64,000 nt of DNA. It comes from Octopus sinensis (taxonomy: Eukaryota). The position numbers and the translations under genes were made by a program. Location: the NCBI RefSeq assembly GCF_006345805.1, contig NC_043004.1:2418001-2482000 (forward strand), written 5' to 3'. Of the stretch, positions 12,440 to 25,149 are shown in pieces; within the stretch, counting starts at the first letter, position 1, and each line of letters starts with the position of its first letter. The notes below the pieces were generated by a model. That model did not search any database. It was not told where the DNA came from and saw only the letters and a list, made by a program, of their open reading frames with translations.

Positions 12440-12870
12440 TTAAGCTGTCGAGCTGGCAGAATCATTAGCAGCCCGGATAAAATGTTTAGCAGCATTTCGT
12501 CCGTCTTTATGTTCTGAATTGGGCTTTGCTTTTCATCCTTTCGGGTCGATGAAATAAGTACCAGTTATGTACTGGGGATTATACAATCAACTGGCACCCA
12601 TCCTCAAACTTCAGACCTTGTGCCTTCAGTAGAAAATATTATTATTATTGTTGATGCCGATGTTGTCTTTGTTGTTGTTGTTATTGTAACGTTCTAATTT
12701 TGTCACAAGGCCAGCAATTTATGCAAAAGGGCAAGTCGATTACATCGACTCCAGTACTTGACTAGCACTTACTTTATCGTACCCCAAAACGAAAATTTAC
12801 AAAGTCGACCAAAGAAGAATGTGAACACGCAACGTAATGAAGGGGGAGAAATGCTGCTAAGCATTTTGCC
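12440..12870. mobile_element. Two diverged SINE family A copies, tail to tail (~12440-12640 plus, ~12700-12870 minus)
   Basis: Family-A head and gtcgat...aagtacc core on opposite strands. Confidence 0.75.
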
Positions 12871-13208
12871 ACCACATATAACTATTTAGATTCGTTTCTG
12901 CCGTACAACGAGAGATTACATTCGGTTCTTTCGGTTGCCTCTTCCATTGAGCTCATCCAGAGCGTAGTGATCATTGCCAAAGCCGATAGACAGAGAGAGT
13001 TCTTAGGTGTTCTGCTGGCATAAAAAAATTACACTCAGTGTATGTTGAATTGTTTCATTAAATTATTACTTTAACGAAGCAACGAGGGTTCTTCTCTGTG
13101 GGAGTTCCATCTTCTGGACTACTTTCCAACAAATCACACATTGTCGGCTGGGATTAAGTACTCCAAAATCTATGCAAGATAAAGTTTAAAGAAAATCCAT
13201 AAAATATG

Positions 13209-13486
13209 TTCTGTTGTGTTTTGGGAGAGTCATTCTCGTTTTGTGCCTTATAATTTAACACACTCACCGGTAAAATTTCCACTTATTTCTTTATTATTAT
13301 TATTATTTTATTTTTTTTTAATTTTCGTTGCGTCTTTCAACCTTTTCAATAGTTTTGCAAAGGTTGCAAGACTCAACGAAAATTTCAGAAAAATAAAAGA
13401 AATTAAAAAGAAATAAGTGGAAATTTTAACGGTGTGTTAAATTATAAGGCACCAAAAGAGAATGACTCTCCTCAGGCACAACAGAA
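13209..13486. mobile_element. Palindromic MITE-like foldback element
   Basis: ttctgttgtg...gagagtcattctc...gccttataatttaacacac...aaaatttccactt is mirrored at the right end; the inner ttttcgttgcgtctttcaaccttt also pairs with aaaggttgcaagactcaacgaaaa. One arm recurs at ~50002-50055. Confidence 0.85.
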
Positions 13487-14565
13487 TATGCTTCAACACA
13501 CGAATTCACATAAAGAATCTTGCAAACTAAATCCAAAAACTAAACATAAAATAAACTTAATATGAAAATCAAATGAGATGGCCATGTTTGGAAAATGATG
13601 TGAAGTGTTTATTTAATCAGATCTACTCTCGGGAAAATCAACAAGAGAATGCATTAACGAAAATAACTTATACTTGAAGCCACATATTGGAACTCTCCTG
13701 ATATTGGTTAGAAGGCTACATATGGCAAGAAGTTCTTGCAGCAATTCAATATGCAAGAATAGGTTTAACGAGTTCCTCTCATAATTTTCCACTTCGCAGA
13801 AAGATAGGAAAAGAGCGCCACTCATATTTTTTTCAGAGAAATCGGTTTACGGAATGCTTCATAGAAATAAATCTTAGGAATACCTCTCTTAGTTACTCTC
13901 TGCATAGATACAGCTCAAAAGAGGATGTCTTTGCAGACATAGGTAAAATGAAGACCGATTTCTTTCATTCTGTTGCTCTTCGTGGAAACAGGTCTCAGGA
14001 GTTATTCTCTGCAGACAATTAGGTGTCAGGAGTCGAAGTTAATCCGTGCACATCTCAATCGTTAGATTAAATATTGATTTCACAATCTAGCACAAGAGCG
14101 CAATTTAATCGACCCCTCGGAGAAAGAAAATCAAATTGTATCGATCTCTAGAACAAAGAATGAAAGAAAATAAAACCGAAGATTTTTATGTTGGAACGTA
14201 AAGCGAGTAATTTCAACAACATAAGGATGGATTTCGCCTGAAACCCTCGACTTACTGGCAGTTATCTCTCCCTATTATTGTGGATAGTGAATACAAGAAT
14301 GTCTACATAGTTTACGGGGAAAAAACTAACAGCTGATCACATGATCACAAATATGGTATTGCATTGTTCTTATTTTGTCTATCTCTAGCCAGTCTTGTTG
14401 CTTGTTAAGAATCTTGGTTTCTAAAAAGGTACAAACTTTCCATTTTTCCCGATTACATTTTCAAAACTTCAATTACGATTATTGTCGCTTCGTTAGGCAT
14501 TATTTCACCATTTTCATTGATCCTTTAAAATATCCCTTTTCTACAATCTCTCCCCCTCTTTCTCC

Positions 14566-14639
<74 letters not shown>

Positions 14640-15006
14640 AATATATAAACTACAAAGTATCATTTATTCAAATATATATGTGCATATATCGAAGAATATT
14701 AGGATAAAAATCACGTTAATCAGTTTTATCAAGTAGTCAGCATGCTCTAAAAAGCTATAGGCAATTAATTGTATTAATTATATGCCTATATATGCATACT
14801 TAATAGAGACAGTAGCAGTACTAAAACCAAAAGGTAATCTTAATCTTCAACTGAACGTGGTGACTGGGGTTAGAACTAAGAAATCTGCATTTGTGCACTA
14901 CCAGTCTTTGGGAGTTTCACTCCAGGTAAATAAATGGCCTAGTGCCAAAATTTGAAACATATATATGTGCGTGTATGTATACATACACATATGTATATAT
15001 ACACGT

Positions 15007-15085
<79 letters not shown>

Positions 15086-15596
15086 ATATACACACATATA
15101 TGTATGTATATGAACATGAATATATATATATGCATATATAGGTGAGGTGCAAAATTTGTAACCGGGGCAAAATGAGTAATTTCTGATACGTTATTCGTTT
15201 CTCCCTACCTGTTTGACATCATTTCATTACCAGTATTCCTTCACCGTTTAGAACTATTGTATCATCTTTAGGAATAAAAAATGGTTGGTATAATTGTTGT
15301 TGTTGTTGAAGTTGAAAGAGTCCAAAACATAGTCAGGTGACAGCTACTGTTTTTGTTCTTTTTTTTCGAGAAATCTTTCTTGAAATTTGACCCGATTGCA
15401 ACTGAGGTGGAAAATAAAATATCTGGATAGATTTTTTATGTTAAACAATCAATATTCTTTTCTCTGTTGGATTCCAAATTAATTTTTCTTACTACACCGC
15501 CTTATTTGATAATTTTCGAGGTTCAAAATGACGTTTGAGATGGGGTAAAATGAGTAATGAGTTCGTTCCTTTAACTGCATGGTGTGTAAATATATC

Positions 15597-15981
15597 CTTT
15601 TCTACTCTAGGCACGAGGCCTGAAATTTTCGGGAGGGGGAAAGTCAATTAGATCGACCCCAGTATGCAACTGCTACTTAATTTATCGACTCCGAAAGGAT
15701 GAAAGGCAAAAATTCGGCTGAATTTGAACTCAGAACGTAAGGACAGACGAAATACCTATTTCTTTACTACCCACAAGGGGCTAAACACAGAGAGGATAAA
15801 CAAAGGCAGACAAACGGATTAAGTCGATAATTAAGTGCGTAACTGGTACTTATTTAATCGATCCCGAAAAAATAAAAGGCAAAGTCTATCTCGGCGGAAT
15901 TCGAACTCAGAACGTAACGGCAGACGAAATACCTCTAAGCATTTCGCTCGGCGTGCTAATGCTTCTGCCAGCACACCGCCT
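15597..15981 (-). mobile_element. Dimeric SINE family A with 17-bp TSD
   Basis: Two tandem B-box/core units; tggtgtgtaaatatatc is duplicated at 15580-15596 and 15982-15998. Confidence 0.92.
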
Positions 15982-16450
15982 TGGTGTGTAAATATATCAC
16001 GAAGAGACTTAGTCCAGCAGATCGTGAAGAAGCTAAGGAGAATATTTTATGTTGCATTATCGTTTAGTTGAATTACGTTAATTTCATATGCTAAGCCATT
16101 TTCCCTGATCCTCTTTCATTTGACCTATATATTTGAAATATTGTTTGCATTTCTGTTCTTTTTTTATGTCTATGTATAGATAATGACGTATATGAGTCTG
16201 TACTCGGGAGAACTGTGGCGAGAAATTTACCTTATCTAGACTGAGAAAAATGTTTAATTTTGCCCAACTAAATTTGTCTTGTATAATACTCAAAAGAAAC
16301 GCCTGAATTTTCCAAAATAATGATCATATCATGTTATAATGTTTTAATGCTTTCAATCATTTACTTCTTGACACCCTTCTTGAAACGTAGGGAACATTTG
16401 TAAAAAGGTTTGTTTGGTCTCAATGTCAAAAATGCAGTCATAACTCCGCA

Positions 16451-16497
16451 GTGACGATGAAGAAATATCCCTAATATCCCAGAAACAGCTGTAAGAC
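16451..16497 (+). ncRNA. Damaged type I hammerhead ribozyme motif (CUGAUGA box mutated)
   Basis: gtgacGATGA agaaatat ccct aatatccca GAAA CAGCTG TA agac; the element homology extends to ~16558 and matches 56635-56738. Confidence 0.6.
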
Positions 16498-16658
16498 TAA
16501 CTTTCTCTTTATAAATGTCCTGAAAAATTCCACACAGCCTTAGCTTTGTTGTCTCCTTTTATATAATATATACATGCTCATACAAGACACGCATTAGACT
16601 CCTCACGCGTATCGTTATCGAACCGAGAATTTAACTACGGTCCTTCCATAGCACTTAC

Positions 16659-17273
16659 ATAGCGTTACCTGCCACCTGGGGTCTTCTGGAGACCAATACT
16701 TCTCATACCTGTCGGCTTCAACTTTTAATGGTCTGACACCATATATAAGTTCAGTAAAATTTAGATTCAGTTGAATATGGTACTTAAGTTAACGGCACCA
16801 GAATTAATATGGTATTATCCATATAATTCAAAATGGGGTGATTATAATCAAAATAAGCAACGAGGATATCCAGAGGTAAAATTCAATTAAACGGAGTCGT
16901 ATGAAACAATCGTATTGCATTACCTCTGGATATCCTTGTTGCTTATTTTGATTATATATATATAAGCACGAGGATTTAACAAATTTTGGTCTGGTGCACT
17001 GTTGTTCCTTTCTCCTACCAGAGTAAGTTAAATTATCAGCCGTAACATAGGCAATTGAGATAGAAAAGTCTGAAATTTTTTGTTCATTTAACCAAATTTC
17101 TGCGGTTAGCATTTCCAAAATCGTTGCTGGAGTTACAGATGACTTTGCTACTTGAAAGAAACCATGTGCGTGAATCGTCTGAAGGCGATAATATTGGGTG
17201 TCAGACCATTAAAAGTTGAAGCCGACAGGTATGAGAAGTATTGGTCTCCAGAAGACCCAGGTGGCAGGTAACG

Positions 17274-17277
<4 letters not shown>
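16659..17277. mobile_element. Young non-autonomous TIR element (81-82-bp TIRs)
   Basis: 16659-16740 and 17197-17277 are reverse complements differing by one G; an internal 37-bp hairpin spans 16843-16956. Confidence 0.9.

Positions 17278-17357
<80 letters not shown>
17278..17357. repeat. (TA)n microsatellite
   Basis: Direct reading of the sequence. Confidence 0.97.
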
Positions 17358-17361
<4 letters not shown>

Positions 17362-17474
17362 GAGAGAGAGAGGGGGAGAGGGGGAGAGAGAGAATTTACA
17401 AAAAACAAAAGACGAAGACAGTTGTGTAAACAACAAACAGATGTATTAGTTTAACGCTCGGGATGTGAGAATGT

Positions 17475-17510
17475 CTTTTACGTTTCGAGCCTACGCTCTT
17501 CAACAGAAAG
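17475..17510 (-). ncRNA. Minimal hammerhead-like motif with variant CUGUUGA core, in a Penelope-like 3'-end remnant (~17395-17565)
   Basis: Minus strand cttt CTGTTGA A GAG cgtagg CTC GAAA CG TA aaag: 4-bp stem I, 3-bp stem II, palindromic ACGT stem III. Confidence 0.6.
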
Positions 17511-19081
17511 GAACAGAAATAAACAGGGACAGAAAATAAAAAGGTTTAGTGTCTAGCAATTTATCATATATATATATATACATATATGCATGTGTATGCT
17601 TTGTGTGATTGGAGGGATCTTTAAGATATCTTGCTTTATAACTCGCCGTGTGCCGCAAAACTACTATACTCACTACGTAAAATTAGTCGCGTTGCCTGTT
17701 TGGTCACCGACAACTCGAATGTGCCATAGGATTTACTGGGTTACATGAGACCAGTATCGCTGTAGACCACCTGTGTCTGTGTGTGTATGTATGTGTGTGT
17801 GTATTTGTGTGTTTCTCTTTGTCTGTATATCTGTGCGCGCGCATGTGTGTTTCTGCGTGCCTGTGTAGGTATTTGTGTACACAGTCATCTCAAAAGCAAT
17901 TATACACATCCCATTGAATATTTATGCATATAATTTTGTGCCTTTCTACTTTTGAGATGCCTCTTGTTATACACAGATATATCTACGACATCTTCCTGGA
18001 ATTTTCCGCCATTTTCTATCAAGGAACCTTTAATTAAAAGGCTTGACGACTTCCTTTTGTTTAATCCAGTAAATATTCCAGCGATAATCCTGAAAATATA
18101 TAGAACAAAAGATTAACAGACCAATCGATTAATAATGTAATTTCATAGATATTCTTAGCGACAAACAATTATTTGTCGATCGTCATAAATTCATTAATAT
18201 GTTAAGTATTCGATTCCAATGTAATTCAGAAATATTTATGCATGCGAGTCTGGCTGTGTGAGGATGTGTGTGTCAGTTAGTGTATGCGAGTCATACAAAC
18301 AGGTATGCTATCTCAGCTAAGTGTAGTTAAACATGTGCTTACCGATTTTAAAAGCCACACGTGCTCGGCACCAGAATTATTTTTTTTAACACACGTTATA
18401 TCGACCCCAGTGCTTAAGTGGGATGACATCGATGGAATTTGAACTCAAAACGTAAAGACAGACAAAATGTCGTTAAACATTTTGTCCGGCTAGTTAACGA
18501 CTCTGCCAGCTAGCCGCCTTTCATTTTAACCACTATAAATCTAAAATAAGCCCAACAAATTAAATATACTTTGTTTCTTTTCTAAAAGACCCATTTTACT
18601 ATCATAATAACATGCCCTCTGATAATAAAATCTAACTTCGTAATATTAATCGGATAAATGGCAATTATAAATAAATAGTCCTTAGAACTGTCAGCAGTGA
18701 CACCAATGGGCTTGGAAGCTTATCAGAACAAGTAAACACATTCATCGAAGATTTCATGGTACAAGTCTGAAATTAATATACTTTGGGATCATCTATTTCA
18801 GCAATCAGTTATTTCTTTCTTTTATATCCCTATCTAACTTTCAATTAGCTTAACGTCCCTTAAATATTTGCACGAAAATCTTTATCCTTCATTTGTGTAC
18901 ATAAAGTGTATTAGTGGATTCGTCGTAAATTCAATTTGCACATATTTGACGATTGTTTAACAATTTTCTCTAAAGAATACAACGTATATCTGTTGAATCA
19001 GATTCATTTGGTTCCAATCAGCAATTTTATAAAGGTCCATCACAAAACTTTGTACATTCATCATATTAAGAGATAACTTAT

Positions 19082-19235
<154 letters not shown>

Positions 19236-19557
19236 GCGGAAACAAAATGATATTCAAATAATATTGTATTATTGTATAACAAAACCTCTCAACAATGCAA
19301 TAAATAAACCTTGTTTCGATCTTGTAACCAAATGACAAAATGTTTAGAGGTTATAAAAAGCAAAAACACATCATTCTCTGAAACTTCAATATAAAATGCA
19401 TGCGCACACAAGAATTATACGAGATTCACTAACAAAACGGTCTATTAATCATTAAGTATTAATTATAAAGAAGACTGACTTTAAATAGTGAATATTCTTT
19501 ATGAATTTTGATGATGGATTAAGTGATCTATACACAAGAAACGTAGTCAATGTGTTA

Positions 19558-19775
19558 GGTCATCCCATAAGTTCTGTCCGAATTTTGAATAAAGAAACCA
19601 AGTAATCAAATGTTATATTTAATTGAAATTTAATTATCAATGTACTTTCCCCGATTATCTATGACTTCCTTCTATCTATTTACAAGCTTTTTAATCCCAT
19701 CAATGTAAAACTCTTTTGGTCTCAAAGCGAAGAACTCTGAAATGTCAGTTTCGACACCCTCCTGGATTGCACCTC
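19558..19775 (-). mobile_element. 3' fragment of a second mariner transposon
   Basis: The minus strand encodes QEGVETDISEFFALRPKEFYIDGIKKLVNR*KEVIDNRGKYIDN*, a mariner C-terminus, and ends in a TIR-like ta|ggtcatcccataagttctgtccg. Confidence 0.85.
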
Positions 19776-19792
19776 AAAACAGCAAAGCCAGC

Positions 19793-19837
19793 CTCCAGAG
19801 ACTAGTTTCAGAGTCATTGCTCATCATCAGTCTGGAG
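19793..19837 (-). ncRNA. Type I hammerhead ribozyme, apparently intact
   Basis: Minus strand CTCCAGA CTGATGA T GAG caatga CTC T GAAA CTAG TC TCTGGAG: 7-bp stem I, full core, palindromic ACTAGT stem III, GUC cleavage triplet. Confidence 0.85.
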
Positions 19838-20279
19838 TAGCATGGCTTGTAGAAGTCGATGCCTATCCGCCTATCCTAGGGCTAAATAACAGTAGCATTC
19901 TTTCTTTTCATGGGACCGTCACATTAAGTTGACTACATACTATCACTTTGTAGTTATTTTTGTTTACCTAATTTCTGGAACAAAAAAAACTGATTGTCTT
20001 TGAAATTTTGTTCCCTTTTTTGTGAATAACATACAAAGTGTTTTATAGGATTACTGGATTAAACTAAAAGCGCCTCCACAACTTATTAAGACAATTCATA
20101 TGACTCTAACATATTGTGGATATTATCTTGAATTCTAATTGAGCAATTTTTATGATTTCTGTGACAAACATGATGAAACTAGGTTCAAATATTTTTATTA
20201 ACGGAAACATTCCATATCAAATTCAGAATTTAATATAACAAGAACAACGGCAATAATAATAACAATACTAATAACAATG

Positions 20280-20301
20280 ACAATTACGATTATTACCATG
20301 C

Positions 20302-20347
<46 letters not shown>

Positions 20348-20365
20348 TATAATGATAATAATAAA
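20280..20365. repeat. (AAT)n microsatellite
   Basis: Direct reading of the sequence. Confidence 0.93.
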
Positions 20366-20499
20366 TTGGCGAAGCACAAATTAGGAGAAAATGTAATCCG
20401 TTACTATTGGAAGGCATAGAATTTCCTTAGTAATAAACCACTAAATTTATTAATTGCCCAAGAAATCAGCATTGAACAGCTGATAGAATGTTAATTGGA

Positions 20500-22100
20500 C
20501 TTCTTTGAGATTCAAAATCATCATTAATTTTTTTTAACACCAATTTTCGGTAAATTAATTAAAAGCAAAGAACATCACTGGTAATTTAAAATTATGAAGT
20601 TCCATCCTCCTTTTTTTTATGAAAGAGGATGGTGGCCTCTCTGATGGCAGTAACAATATTAGATAACTAACCAGTGGAACAAGTCAGACTTTGAGTGTTG
20701 TTGTCTGATAGATTGAATGTCCTTTATGACACACGTGCATTTAGTGGAAATATTACTCTGTAATTAAGCAATGATTTCCTATTATTCATCGGAAATCAAT
20801 TATTCCTTTAGAAAAGGGCACAAACAATCTCGGCTCTAAAGACTAAGTTTTGAAAATCTTAGCAATGTTTTTACTTTAAAATTGCGTGTGAATAGTTTTA
20901 AATAAATATTTCAATGAAAACTTTCGCCACTTCTTTTAAACTGATCTATTCAATTTTTTCGCTACTTGCTTGAGCTATAAAGGTTTAAGTATACTGTTGT
21001 TGTTCGACAATATACACGATGCAATAGAGGACGTGCAATTATAGATCATATTTGCTTTATAGAACGACATGACCAAAGCATGACTCCGTTGATCCTTTTC
21101 TGCGATACTCATTAAAGTGTTATTTAGAACGATTCTTTCTATCATCTTTTAAACTATACCTGTGTTTGAAGAGCGATATGATGAGTTTTATTCCTGAGTG
21201 GCTGCGTGTATACATTTTTAGGCACAATTTTCTGGAAAAGGGGTTTTCAGTAAATTATGTATAACATTTTTCTCACTGTTTTCTGCAAGAAGACCTCAAC
21301 TTAAACGAATACCTTTGAAAGAACAGATATTGGGAATATCGACGCTACATGCAGAAGGATCCGTTTGCTAATTTGTATTGGTTGTGAGAATAAGGAATAG
21401 AAAGGTTCTTGGCAATATTGGAACAAGCATTAAAACTATAAGATGAATTCTATTATGCAATGATTTGTTTCCTGTTTTCGGGTGAATTGATGATTGCTTC
21501 TTGATAGATGTGTAACATTTACCAAAAGATAAATCTTGTAATTACTTCTAAGAATATCGCTAGGCTTATATTCTTATCTACTGTGGCTTTTCAGTCTAAC
21601 GCTAAATAAGTTGAACTCCTTCCTATGGTATCCGTTGTGTGGCCATTAGTACTTCTCAAATTCTTAGTCTTTCAACATGATAAATAGCGAACTCTGTGAA
21701 AGGGGATCATCATCAGCATAACACCTAAGGTAAACAACCATATCAACTCACATACCTCAACACCATCTTACAATTCCATCGCTATATCATTCGATTCCTG
21801 TTCGCAACGTTTAACTTTGAGCAAATTAGAGAAAAGTAACAAAGATTTCTTTCTGCGCATAATGAAATAATGTCCAAATCACTACTTGGAATAAATCCTT
21901 CATCGAACATATATCTCTTTGGAGGAAATCTATGGTTTACATAACATTAAAGTCTCTGCTCTATCGTCCATTTTTAGGCTGATAGATATGTTTCATTCTT
22001 AATAGATCGGTGATGGAAATGATTTTCATTTAATAGCAATATTGTTAGAAGACTGTATCTGGAATAGGAGGCGACCCTTTACATGCATATTTTAGATTTC
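20500..22100 (-). mobile_element. Possible heavily degraded non-LTR retrotransposon remnant
   Basis: Scattered minus-strand peptide echoes (xRDFNV like GDFN; MIERIVLNNTL like the RT ERIxxxRL motif; KKGGWNF like KKGGLGL) amid many stops. Boundaries are uncertain. Confidence 0.3.
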
Positions 22101-25053
22101 GTCTAAAGAATCATGTATGTGTCAAGCATTTTCGTATGTTAGATGTTTGTATCAAATATCGAGGAAGTCTTAGATTCTTATAATTTCTGTAATTTTGAAA
22201 ACATCAGAGTCTAGTCTTCTGCCTGTGGAATAGGTAGGTTGTAGTAGAGACATTTTCGACATCTGAAACTGAAAATACGTTCATTGGTGGCATCCATGCT
22301 TACGATATTGGCGAAATATGTCTTCAGCACATACTCAGTCGTGTATATTATATGATTTTCGATGTTGTTGGTACGTTTCTTACGAAAATATTCAGACTAC
22401 TTTTCAACTTTTATAGCACCGTCTATTGTCGGATGGTGCCATGAATTAAGGAGGTATATATCGCTAAGTGAACATTTGTAGTGTACCAATGCTTTATTAT
22501 AGATTAAAGCTTCTCGAATCGTAACCCTGAGAGAGACAGCATTCCAATTTATATGCATAAATATTCGGAAACTCATCGAAATGTGACAGTGAACAATTTA
22601 TCGATATTTGAATGTGTTGCCGAAGAAGAAAAACGTTTGAAAATGAGTTACACATTTATTTATTCAATTAGCAAGCATAATCAAATAGTTTCTTTAAAAC
22701 AATCTCCTGAACTCAGAAGAACCAGCCACATCCCAATAAATGGTGATTAAATTCTTTTAAATTAAGTTTATCCCCTATTTATTTATCTAAACTATCTCTG
22801 GTCGACGTACACACAAATATGTAAATTAGACCCCACTGCATGCGTCTTCCATTCTAAATGATAATTAATTTCAATTCTTAGAATAGTCTGTCTTGGCTTT
22901 ATTACCCAGGATTAACATTGAATTTTTTCATCCACACTTTTCGTTTTACTTATAAAATTTAAATTTCAGCCCGATGTCGCTGAATAAATTTCAAAACCGG
23001 CGTCACAATATTACAATATCATTAAATACGACAAAACTCAAGTCAAGCTGTTTTCATTGATATGTTTACTAGATAGCTCAACTACTTGTCAATAGTCATT
23101 GGCCATCATAGTTAACATTCATGGAGCCGCTTCTTCGCTTTGTTGATACATATATGTAAACAAAATACTTATATTATCTGTGTATACGTATATTATGCCT
23201 TCAGACATACATTATACATGTAAACGTATATATGTGGAGAGAGGTGTAATCTTTGGCCAAAATTTAAAGCAGTACCAGTGATATTTTACAGTCTTTGAGA
23301 GAGGATGGCGGTGAGGGGGAAGATGTTCTTAAATCAGAAAGCATATTATCCGAATACTTACAATAGATTTGATGTCGCTGAAGTCACCTAACGACCAGTT
23401 AAAGGTGTTGAACTCTGTCTCGGATTAGGACTACCGCCCATTGAAGTCATAGTGGGATTTGAACTCATAATGCAAAAGGCTTGAACATATAGCACCACCC
23501 ATGTTGTCTAACCAATTGACATTTCTGCCAAGTCATGCATTACATATGTAAATATAATTCATTCAAACACATGCATAGATTATATCTTTAGACATATATC
23601 AACGCTTCAAGAACAGTACACATTGTTTTACACATCGAGCGCCTAGCATGATCCTGGGTTATGACATGTGTAAACCGAGGACGTAGATTAGCTGAACCGA
23701 GTCCAGTGTACCAACTGCAGATTACGTTTCTTTTCATTAACGTTTTTGCGAAGTTAATGGGCGTATTCGTACAATGCAATTTGAAAGCAACAATATAAAA
23801 GAAAAACTTATCCGGTTTTAGGATACACCACAATTCCTCGGTCACTTTTTCTACAGAAATTGGTGTGACTCTGAATAATTACATCCGAACTTTATTTTGG
23901 AGATCCCATACATATCCCGTAATATTTTCAAGTGTATTAATGATTTAAGAGAATTTTATTGTATTCAGTAAGAACAGAAACCACATCTGTATCTTGACTG
24001 GTTGGAAACATATTTGAAGAAGTAGAGAACTGTCCAAATTCTTAATCTCAAAAACTTCATTGCTAAACATCAGGCACCAGCCAGCGACTTGCTTCCGTCG
24101 CACGTCTAATAAATTTATTATCCTACTCGCCCTTAGTTTTAGCTCCTATATTTCCTCACACAATTTAGCTTCAATAATTCTAATTCTCATTCTAGCCACG
24201 TATTAATTTGTATGAATTTCAAGTGCAGTTGAAATAGTAGATCAGAAAAAATAATGTACCCAGACAGGAAGTCGAACGTTTCGTCTACAAAACGATATCT
24301 CCAAATGATAGAATGATGCAATTTTTTCCCCCTTTTTTTTTCGTTTTTTTTCTTTTTTTAGTACTTGTAATACGAAACATTGTCAGAATTGATTTCGATT
24401 GAGCCAAGTGTTTAAATTTGAAATGTAAAAACGAGATATTTTTTTCTTTAAATCTAAGAAATAAAAAATAATTGCGAATGGAATACACACACACACACAC
24501 ACACACACACACTTACGATAATGAGTGCAAGCGTGTGTGTGTTCGTCTACATGCATGTAGACAATCGTATATGCATATGAGTTTTGTTTGTTTCTGTATA
24601 TGCCTGAGCGTGTGTGTGTATGTGTGCATGTGTTAGTTTGTGTGTGTGTGTATGTTTGTGTATGTGTGTGAGAGAGAGAGAGTTTGTGCGTATGTTCGTG
24701 CCAATGCACATACACAACCCTAAACTCAGTCACGATTCTATTCGTGCTCTGCTGTGTTTTATGGTCAACAGTGCGGTGATTTACATCCAGGTCGAACCGT
24801 TGATATAGACACACAAGGACGGAACTGCTTCCATTGAGATGCTTGGCATAATTCTACACTATGTTAGTCACAAAAAAAAAACGTTAAGAAAATATCAGCA
24901 GTCTTGACTCATGAGATGATTCAGGAATGAAAAGCCTAAAAACCGAAGCGTCAATGAGAAAAGAATGGTAGAAATCGACCATCATACACACAAACACACA
25001 TACTTGCACACATATCCGTATAAATATGTATATATATTCATATATGTATATGA

Positions 25054-25138
<85 letters not shown>

Positions 25139-25149
<11 letters not shown>

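Noticed and set aside
17900-18090. Minus-strand acceptor (ttttcag) with a ~60-codon open frame
   Set aside because: No convincing donor or homology, and no link to the other candidate exons.
18689-18761. Possible plus-strand exon (TVSSDTNGLGSLSEQVNTFIEDFM)
   Set aside because: Weak acceptor context and non-consensus donor (gtacaa); isolated.
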